This document shows positions 50,415 to 60,115 of a stretch of DNA of 64,000 nucleotides, piece after piece (the stretch's first letter is position 1; each line of letters begins with the position of its first letter). Origin of the DNA: Anthoceros angustus (Eukaryota > Plantae > Anthocerotophyta); the NCBI GenBank assembly GCA_010909165.1, contig MU008180.1, positions 495,884 through 559,883 of the forward strand. Reading direction: 5' to 3'. A model generated the notes under the pieces. That model ran no database searches and had not been told where the DNA came from. It saw only the letters and a list, made by a program, of their open reading frames with translations. The position numbers and the translations under genes are program-made.

Positions 50415-51032
50415 CAGATGTAATGTTTGAGGACAATCCGAAGTTCACATACCTATCTTGACTCGAAGGATGATGTAAGCTAAGTAGTTATCTAAAATCC
50501 TCCATGAAGTGGCACTTTGTTGAATAAGAAGAGATGAGATGAACATAACTATGATAAGATATTTGGCTTGTGAGATAGTAGACTTAAAAGTGAGCTTTGG
50601 GAGACTAGGACTTAAAAGTCACCTAAGCTGGAGGATGAGGGCACCAATAACTTCATGACTAGTATTGTGGTTGACTATAAATTTTAGAATAAAAATTTTT
50701 GCATGAAAGGTCTTTATGTCAAACACATAAATAGAGATGAGTAAACTCACTCAAGTTGAGAAGGAGACCATGAAGGATATTCTACATTGGAATTGGAGTC
50801 CTTGAGTTGAAGTCCTATAGAACTTAATAAAATATTTAAATAAATATAAAATTTTCAAATATTTGAAATATTTATAAAAAGAGATAAAAATATAGGTAAT
50901 AGACTTTGAATATCTAGCAGAAAAAGCTATAAGCATGAGAGGGTTTGAATGAGGTCACCGAGTGGAGGCACTTTTTCCGAGGCGATAGGAAGGAAGGCTT
51001 TTTGATGAAATGAGGAACATTGAAGAGCGGAA

Positions 51033-53943
51033 CGACATTCATGAATGCAGTGCGTTAGGCATGAAGTATGGAGGTAAGCGATTTGTGTGGTGAAGCCGGG
51101 CGTGCGAAGGAAATAGCAGAGATCGCAATCCACCCGTGGGCGCGGAGCGCGGGCGGCGGCCGCGCGGCGAAACTGTCCAAACGGCAATCGCCAGTTGCGC
51201 CGCCCGTATGTGTACAAGCGGCCAGCGGCGGCAGCGTGACAGACAGACACACAGACAAAAGCAACGCTTGCAGCCTTGTGCCTTGTTACATATCGGCTGC
51301 AGCGGCAGCTGGGCAGCAGGAGCAGGAGTCGGAGCTGCAGGACTGAGGAGGAAGAGCAGGAGCAGGAGCAGGAGACGGGATCCGGGTGTCCCAGCATTCA
51401 CGCTCTCTGCCATCGCCATAAATCGCGTCTCGCTCCCGCGCCGGGCGTCCGCCGTCGGGCCCGCGTCTCGCTGCCTCGCACGCATTGCAGATTTTCCGCA
51501 ACACGTTTGCGGACGCCGCGCAAGGATTCCAGGGACCGGATGCGGCAGCGGCAGCGGCAGCGGCTGCGCCCGTTCTTGCCTGCAGGAGCGGCGCTCTGGC
51601 TGGACTGATTGGACGCGGGAGCTGCCGTTGTGCGGGCCTGCTCCCCGCAAGGGTATCGTGGAGCTGGGAGGGAAGGGAGGGTGGAATTATGTGCCGGCCT
51701 GAGATGGCGGGGTTGCTGCGGGGACGATTTGCGGAGGGCTGGGCCGGGGCTGAGGAATGAGGGAGTGAGCGGGGGCCCGATCCGGGGAGGTACGGAGAGG
51801 TGGAGGTGTGGAATCCTGTGGTTCAGGGCAAAATGTGGATCCAGAGCGAGACCTTGCTCTCCCCCGGGAGACCTAAGGGCACGGGAGCCGGGATGGCGCG
51901 GAGCTGGAGTGTGGTCAGCCACTTCCTGTCACCGAGCTAAGGCCGCGGCGGATCGAGTCACGCATGGGCCAGGGCATGGCGGAATGATACTAAACGTTGT
52001 TGCTGGTCTCGGCTTGCTTGCTGCGATGTTGGACGAGGTGTAGGGAGTCGCATGGATGTTAGCACGGCCGGTCTTTGATATCGCGAAGCTGAATCTGCGG
52101 TAGGCGGGGGTGGTGGTGCAGAGCTGGTTTTTAGTATGCGAGGCCCGGGGACGGGGCACTGGTTTTGAGCAGGTCTGTAATGTGTTGGCCTGGCTGTATT
52201 GCAGAGGCGCCAGATGGGGTGCTGGAGTGGTTTCGCTTGCCTGAAACCGAGGAAGGGAGGGTGGAATTATGTGCCGGCAGCGCGGATGGCTGATGGCTCC
52301 GCGTCCTCCTCGCAGGCCTGGGTTGGGGCGCGGCAGCCGGCGCCGGGGGCTCCCACTCTGTCCCCTTCGTTACTAGCTCCTCCCTCCTCTCCTGCTTCCT
52401 TTCAGAATTCAGCTGTACATTCCTCTGCTCAGTCACCCTCCCTGCATGTAACCCGGCAGGTGGAAACCACGGCCATGATGTTTCAGACCGGCCCGACATT
52501 CATGAATGCAGTGCGTTAGGCATGAAGTATGGAGGTAAGCGATTTGTGTGGTGAAGCCGGGCGTGCGAAGGAAATAGCAGAGATCGCAATCCACCCGTGG
52601 GCGCGGAGCGCGGGCGGCGGCCGCGCGGCGAAACTGTCCAAACGGCAATCGCCAGTTGCGCCGCCCGTATGTGTACAAGCGGCCAGCGGCGGCGTGACAG
52701 ACAGACACACAGACAAAAGCAACGCTTGCAGCCTTGTGCCTTGTTACATATCGGCTGCAGCGGCAGCTGGGCAGCAGGAGCAGGAGTCGGAGCTGCAGGA
52801 CTGAGGAGGAAGAGCAGGAGCAGGAGCAGGAGACGGGATCCGGGTGTCCCAGCATTCACGCTCTCTGCCATCGCCATAAATCGCGTCTCGCTCCCGCGCC
52901 GGGCGTCCGCCGTCGGGCCCGCGTCTCGCTGCCTCGCACGCATTGCAGATTTTCCGCAACACGTTTGCGGACGCCGCGCAAGGATTCCAGGGACCGGATG
53001 CGGCAGCGGCAGCGGCAGCGGCTGCGCCCGTTCTTGCCTGCAGGAGCGGCGCTCTGGCTGGACTGATTGGACGCGGGAGCTGCCGTTGTGCGGGCCTGCT
53101 CCCCCAAGGGTATCGTGGAGCTGGGAGGAAGGGAGGGTGGAATTATGTGCCGGCCTGAGATGGCGGGGTTGCTGCGGGGACGATTTGCGGAGGGCTGGGC
53201 CGGGGCTGAGGAATGAGGGAGTGAGCGGGGCCCGATCCGGGAGGTACGGAGAGGTGGAGGTGTGGAATCCTGTGGTTCAGGGCAAAATGTGGATCCAGAG
53301 CGAGACCTTGCTCTCCCAGGAGACCTAAGGGCACAGGAGCCAGGATGGCGCGGAGCTGGAGTGTGGTCAGCCACTTCCTGTCACCGAGCTAAGGCCGCGG
53401 CGGATCGAGTCACGCATGGGCCAGGGCATGGCGGAATGATACTAAACGTTGTTGCTGGTCTCGGCTTGCTGCGATGTTGGACGAGGTGTAGGGAGTCGCA
53501 TGGATGTTAGCACGGCCGGTCTTTGATATCGCGAAGCTGAATCTGCGGTAGGCGGGGGTGGTGGTGCAGAGCTGGTTTTTAGTATGCGAGGCCCGGGGAC
53601 GGGGCACTGGTTTTGAGCAGGTCTGTAATGTGTTGGCCTGGCTGTATTGCAGAGGCGCCAGATGGGGTGCTGGAGTGGTTTCGCTTGCCTGAAACCGAGG
53701 AAGGGGGGAAGGAGGATTGTGCCGGCAGCGCGGATGGCTGATGGCTCCGCGTCCTCCTCGCAGGCCTGGGTTGGGGCGCGGCAGCCGGCGCCGGGGGCTC
53801 CCACTCTGTCCCCTTCGTTACTAGCTCCTCCCTCCTCTCCTGCTTCCTTTCAGAATTCAGCTGTACATTCCTCTGCTCAGTCACCCTCCCTGCATGTAAC
53901 CCGGCAGGTGGAAACCACGGCCATGATGTTTCAGACCGGCCCG
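51033..53943. repeat. Tandem duplication D5 (copy 1 51033-52493, copy 2 52494-~53943; period about 1.46 kb) covering the upstream region and 5' CDS of the At1g76660-like gene
   Basis: CGACATTCATGAATGCAGTGCG restarts at 52494 after ...CAGACCGGCC (2-bp CG microhomology). Confidence 0.95.
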
Positions 53944-55792
53944 TACGCCCACGAGACTGCCCTTGTCACCCCGCCTGTCTTCTCTACCTTCACCACTGCT
54001 CCCTCTACAGCACCCTTCACGCCTCCTCCTGAGCTTGCTCACCACATCACTACACCATCCTCCCCCGAGGTGCCCTTTGCTCAGCTCTTGACTTCTTCTC
54101 TGAATGTGAAGGGTCCAGTTCGGCAGCAGTCTGATACCACAACAGCTTCGTCCACAGCCCCGTTCACACCACCTCCTGAGCTTGCGCAGGCTACCACCCC
54201 CTCGTCACCGGAGGTGCCGTTTGCCCAGCTTTTGACATCTTCCTTTGCTGTCAACGCCACAGTCTTGCCGCAGTCTGATGGCACTACGGCGTCTTCCACT
54301 GCTCCGGTCACACCACCCCCTGAGCCTGGACAGGCTACTACGGCCTCCTTCTCGCCGGAGGTGCCTTTTGCTCAGCTGTTGACCTCGACCTTTTCTATGA
54401 AAGGTGCAGGAAGGGAGGCTGATGTAATTTACTCTGCCTCCCCATTTGCTTCTCCAGACTACTGCGTATCAGGTGATATGCAGGCAGTATTTGAGCTCCA
54501 CTCAAATGGTCATGCGTTGCCTCCTCTCCCTTCAGCGTCTGGGTCGGTGGGGAAAGTGGAGCTTACGCCTCAGCGAATCTCAGGCTCCCCTATTCCTGTG
54601 GCATCCTTTCCCATTCTTGAGCCTGAAACGTGGGTAGAACTTGAGGTTAGATCCTCCAACAGGTCTTCTCAGGAGCTTGTTCGTGTTACGCCGTCGGAGC
54701 CAGAAACGAGCCTTTTCACAATCTGTCACGGTAACGATCTTTTGAGACCTGACTATGTTCCTCAGCTTTTTGAGGAAGGCGAGGGATTGGCCACCGCCGA
54801 AACGTTGGTTAGAAGCCATTCTGGCCAGCTGGATCTTGCCTGCTCAGGTGAAGGTGGCGAACACTTGCCTAGAGTTGATGAGGACGAGGATGATGATGAT
54901 GACGATGGAGGAAGGGCGGAGGAGGATTATCTGGTGCTGGAAGGCTTTCATCTGGACAGCAGTTATCATGGGGGCTTTCATGATGCACTCTCCAGGGAGA
55001 AGTCTGAAGATCGAAGACAAAACTCTGGGAATGCCACTACGCCAGAATATCCATTGTCACCAGCTCACAACCCCAAGTCTCCCAAATTAGTCGGCAGCAA
55101 TGGGAGCTCGTATGAAGCTTCATGCCTATCACCTGGGGATATCGTATTGGAGGCTAGGTGTGATACTCCCAAGGTGAAGCAAAGGTTGCCTGAGCCTCAG
55201 GAATGCCAGTCCACTGGTGTATGTAGTTTGCTTCGAAGAGATGTAGCCATGGATGGAGCTGTTGATGGAGCTATGGATGGAGATGTGCTGGTGGGATCCC
55301 GCCCTCTTTCACCAAGCATGCATGCGACAGAGCATTCACCACCTCCGCAACAGGATACTGCTTACCACCCTCCATCATCTAATAAGACAAAGACCTCAAA
55401 AGCCGAGGCAGTGAGCCCCAGGTATGGGAGGCTTGTGTCGAAATGTGAAGAGCTCGCTTTGGCTTTGCAGATGGCCGAAGCAAGAGAGAGAGAGGCTTTG
55501 CAGCTTCTAGACATGACACAGAAAAAGGTCAGTTCATGCCATTATAGGCTGTTCTGGCAGTCACATAGTGTGCTTTTCAGTTTGTGGTCCGGAATGCAAC
55601 GGACCTAAAGTTTGATCTCCTGATAATAACTTTGTGCAGGCAAACTCGCTGGAAGAAAGTGTTGCAAGGCTGTCTGTGGAGCTGACTCAACAAGAAATTG
55701 CATTCTTGGATCTGCAATCGAGGCATTTTGCTCACCTGGGGGTATCATCTCCGAATCATATTCTGACCCCTGGGTTCAATTTGGTGGCGTAA
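53662..55792 (+). CDS. At1g76660-like Pro/Ser-rich ('hydroxyproline-rich glycoprotein family') protein with a triplicated core motif and C-terminal coiled coil; one intron 55529-55640; an upstream exon is possible
   Basis: MGCWSGFACL, APPSSPASF and GPYAHETALVTPPVFSTFTTAPSTAPFTPPPE...TTPSSPEVPFAQLLTSSL are family signature motifs as recalled; last exon ANSLEESVARLSVEL...NLVA*. Confidence 0.8.
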
Positions 55793-56188
55793 GATGATAT
55801 TATTCCAGCCAGTGTGGCAGCCAGTAGAATAGAAACGGCTAGGCAGTGAAGTGTGCCCAACACCAGAGTTTTAACAGCAGCCAGGGTCTTCTAGCTAGCT
55901 GTAGGTCTAAGGTCGCCTGTATGTTATTCCGCTGTTTAGAGTGCAAACTAGACAATTTTTGCCACTTGTGCTCGGCACCTTATCCCGCCACTTTCGTTCG
56001 AGTTTGGTGTGCGCTTTGATTTTCTGTATCTGGCAGAGAAGGGTCATGTGCATGCGATGCAGCATGACCATTGTAATGCTGTAAGAACTTTAGAAGTTGT
56101 ACCACAAAAGTTGTTCGTGATATGTCGGTAGTTGAACACTGTCCAGTATTTTGGGCACATATATATTCTGGTTCTGTATACACCATCT

Positions 56189-57311
56189 TCAGTCCTGACC
56201 AGAGGAGGAGTCATCTGCACTGCTTGTGCCCCCTATCCATTGCATCTGTTGGATTTCCGACACAGACAGGCCGAGACAGGATCAGGTCCTTGTAACAACA
56301 GTGTCACAGGAGGGGTGAAAAGCTACAGGTTCAAGGCCCACTCACCTTCCAGGCATACATTGCGAAGAAGGCCACAACGTCTGCAGTCCATACTGCTGCA
56401 AACGACTTCCAGAAAATCGGGAGTGTCACATTGATGAGCGGGACAACCAGAAACAAGTAATTCAGGGCTTCCTTCTCATTCTTGGAGCAGTCTCGCGCTC
56501 TGAGAGAGGGAATAGCTGCATCATTTGGAAGAGGAGCACACACATCCGTCATCTTCAAAGCTCACACGCTGATCGAAGGAACAATCCAAACAGAAGATTA
56601 TCACACGGAGAGAAGGGCAGCACCACTCACTGAACATCCATACGGACCACATGCCCATTAGCCTCCATATGTCCGGTTGATCAGAAGGAAACAGCAGGTT
56701 GAAAGAAAGCACTCCGCCAACAAGCATCGAGGCATACGCCTGGACCTCGAACACAGTGTAGAGAGTGGATCCAGGAGTAGCAGGATTCTTCCTAGCTGTT
56801 GAAGACCTGGGAGCAAAGGTTGCAGCTGTTTTCCGCACCGCCTGGAGAGCAAGGAATTCGCACCATGATTCGCTCTCTCCAAAACCAAGGAGGTAAGAGG
56901 TCAGCACAAAACCTTTTCCAGTTCTTTGTCCAAAGCTGGAGAGGAGGATGACGACGGTAAAGGTTGTTGCGAGTCAGTAGCCCTTTCCGAAACAGCGTCA
57001 TCTTCTCGACGTTGCTCGGTCTCTGGCTTCAAGCTGGCCCTCGCCACCGTGCCTTCTTTTGACCGTCTAAATCGTGAAAAGCTCCGGGAGCAGGTAGCCA
57101 ACCTCTGGACCTCCCATGAAGACGAGCTGCAAGAAAAAGCAAATGCATTCAGAAAGCTGAATCCAGGATGCCAGTTCCTCCCCACCTCATCTCCAAGCAC
57201 ATACCTGGGGGAGCAACGACCTGGAATGGCTGCCAAGCCGAAGGAGCCCGACCTCACGCTCCCGGGCAATCCACCCCGAAACCCCTGGAAGGTCACGCTT
57301 GCCGTCTCCAT
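56189..57311 (-). CDS. RPH1: RESISTANCE TO PHYTOPHTHORA 1-like chloroplast membrane protein (multi-exon)
   Basis: LDKELEK / [21 protein letters not shown]...[40 protein letters not shown] / IPSLRARDC...KEALNYLFL...FFAMYAWK; last exon MQWIGG...GQD* inferred. Confidence 0.88.
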
Positions 57312-57476
57312 TTTCCTTTCCTTGCGCTGCTGCTCCCTGCGATGTCTCGGCTACACCTCCACCGCCGAAAGAGAAGGCAAAGAAACGTTTCTTTTTACGT
57401 AATGAAGCGTTTTTCCAGGGACTATGCCCTGGCGGCCTGCGTTGCTGGAAGTGCAGCTGCTCGCGGCTTCACTGCC

Positions 57477-59121
57477 ATGGAGCGCGACATGGAGATCCAC
57501 CCGGACACCTTCGACGTGATCGTGCTTGGCACGGGGCTGCCGGAGTCCATTCTGGCGGCGGCCGCCGCTGCGGCTGGCCTCTCGGTGTTGCATTTGGATG
57601 GAGGCGATGTGTACGGCTCCGCCTGGGCCTCGCTGTCCCCAGAGGCTGTGGCGGCGCACGCCGGGGAGCCGTGTCCGGAGAGGAGGACGGCGTTGCGGCT
57701 GGGGCGGGGCGGCAGACTGGAGGCTCATCAGCACGGCCGGATCCGGCGCCTTCTCGGGCTTCAAGGCCGGATTGTTGGATGATGAAGGAGAGGCCGGCGC
57801 AGGGGCCGCGGAGCTGGGAAGGCTGAGTGCGTACAACCTGGATCTCGCAGGGCCGAAGCTGGCCTTCTCCGCAGGGCCGCTGGTGGACCTGATGCTGCGA
57901 GCAGGCGCAACCAGCTACCTGGAGTTCAAGGCGGTGGAGAGGTCGTACCTCTGGTCAGCGGGGGGCCTGGTCACGGTGCCAGCCTCGCAGGCGGAGGTTT
58001 TCCAGGACCAGTCGCTGAGCCTGGTGGAGAAACGGCTGCTTATGCGGTTTCTGAAGCTGGTGACGGGCCAGGCGGGAGCAGTGTTTGCGGAGGAGGATCT
58101 GGATGGCTCGTTCGTGGAGTTGCTGCGCAAGCAGCGGCTCCCGGCCTCGCTCCAGGCTATGGTGCTGTATGCGTTTGCGTTCGCGGAGAGCGATCAGGAG
58201 GGGGAAGGCGGGGAGAAGCTCTCGGCCCGGGACGGGCTGCAGCGGCTGGCGATGTATCGGGCCTCCGTGGGGAGGTTCACCAACGCGCCTGGCGCCTTCA
58301 TCTACCCGCTCTACGGGCAGGGGGAGCTCCCGCAGGCGTTCTGCAGATGCGCGGCTGTGAAGGGCGCGTTGTACGTGCTCCGGCGGCCCGTGGATGCGGT
58401 GCTGGTGGACAGGGAGAGTGGGGGTTACAAGGGAGTCCGCACCCGGGCCGGGCAGCTGCTCTTCAGCCGGACGCTGGTGGCGGGGCGACCGCACCTGCCC
58501 GTGGAGGTGGAGGGTGAGCTTGCTGAGGCCTGTTCTGATGAAGGAAGGGCTGCTGGGGGGGGTGCCGGGGCGGGGAAGGTGGCCAGGCTGGTTTTCGTGA
58601 CGGATGCTACTTTGAAGGAGGGCCAGGCTAATGTGTTGGTGGTTTTCCCTCCTGGGTCTGTGCGGAGTGGGTTCTCCAGGCCTGTGTACGCTTTGCAGCT
58701 GGGAGGCGGGGTGTCCGTTTGTCCGCAGGACCGGTTTGCGGTGTATTTGTCCACTGTCTGGGAAGGGGATGATGCTGAGGATGTGCTGCTCGCAGCTGCC
58801 CGGGCTTTGCTGTCGGGCGAGGGTAGCAGTGATAGGCCTAAGGTGCTGTGGTCCGCTTTCTTCTTCAGTGCAGGTGGGGAAGGGTCTGAGGCCGTGGTGA
58901 ACGGTCAGGTCGCGGTCTGCCCCATGCCGGATCAGAGTATCCACTACGGCGACGTTGTGAGTGCCACGGAGAGAATCTTTCACCACCTCTTTCCAACTGC
59001 GGATTTCTTCCCCGCCGCAGCCTCTGCTTCAGATGGCGTAGAGGACGGGGATTCTGCAGTGCAGGATGAGAATGGTGCAGTCCATGATGAGAATGGTGCA
59101 ACCCATGAGGGGCTCGAATGA
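57477..59121 (+). CDS. REP1: Rab escort protein (REP/CHM, GDI superfamily); apparent frameshift at about 57670-57712
   Basis: [37 protein letters not shown] in one frame; [35 protein letters not shown] and [29 protein letters not shown] in another frame. Confidence 0.88.
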
Positions 59122-60115
59122 TCGGCATTTTTTAGTCGAGGATTGGCCAGGGTTGAGCCTTTGCTTTTGGTTAATTGTTTCTTTTGCGACGTCAGTGTCG
59201 TGTTTTGATGATCTTGGGGATGAAGGCAGCCAAGGTTTTTTTATGACCCACCGGCAAAGGATGGTTATCACAGGCAAAGGTTAATTTCTGCTCTGTTCTT
59301 CCATGGTTTTGCATTTCGGAGTCATCCACCCTACTTGATGTGCAGCTGACTGCTTCCGTTTTGTCCAGCTATTGGGGCTTATGATTCTGTGCTCGGGAGG
59401 AGACTGACCTGGAATTGAGACTGCTGGTACCCTTACCCCGTGCTGTCTGTCGGCAGGTAGTGTGTGAGGGGACGATGGTGGCGGGTTGACATCGGTTACG
59501 GCTTCAAGGGACACTTCTGGCTTCTGTTTTGGCTCCAGCTAAGGGCTCGGAATTTGCGGAGCACCAGACCAATGCTGAAAAGGATGAGCCGGTCTTGGTT
59601 TTGGAGGAGGATGGTGGAACGTGGCCATAGACGACGTCAGATCCACACTCACCAGATCATCAACGTGCTGGACTATGTTGGGCAGGAGATAGTCTGGTGG
59701 CCTTCATCTGTGGGGAGGGTATGGGTCGGACAATGGTGCGCGGCGCCGGGTGGTACCTCTCCCGTTTGCATTTTCCGTGTTCTTCTTATTGACTGTAAGA
59801 CTTCTGCTGTCCCAACGGACAGGGAGGTGAAGCGTCAGAGGGATCTGTGGTTAAATCATGCTTGGTCAATGTTGTGTTCGTTTATGGGCGGCGTTGGGAG
59901 AGGGCCAGCAGATTTGAATTTGCTCGATGCATTATTTATGTCCTGTGTCTTGAGGTCGTTGTGGAGGGTTCACTGGGACCGCACCACCTTCCACCGCCTG
60001 ATGAAGCAGTAGGTGCTGGTTCTCTACTGGATACTGCCCTCCCTGACCCTCGCTTGGTCAATTCTCTTGGAAGGATTTTCTTCTGGCTTGGCTCCTTTAG
60101 CGGAACCTGCTCAAA

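Noticed and set aside
50927-53646. Many 100-240 aa ORFs in the GC-rich D5 region
   Set aside because: Low-complexity (GCGGCA and GGAGCA repeats), frames differ between the duplicate copies, no conserved domain; probably promoter or 5' UTR of the At1g76660-like gene.
59464-60012. 182-aa ORF upstream of the 846-aa gene
   Set aside because: Could be an upstream exon, but no in-frame splice join or motif could be established by eye.
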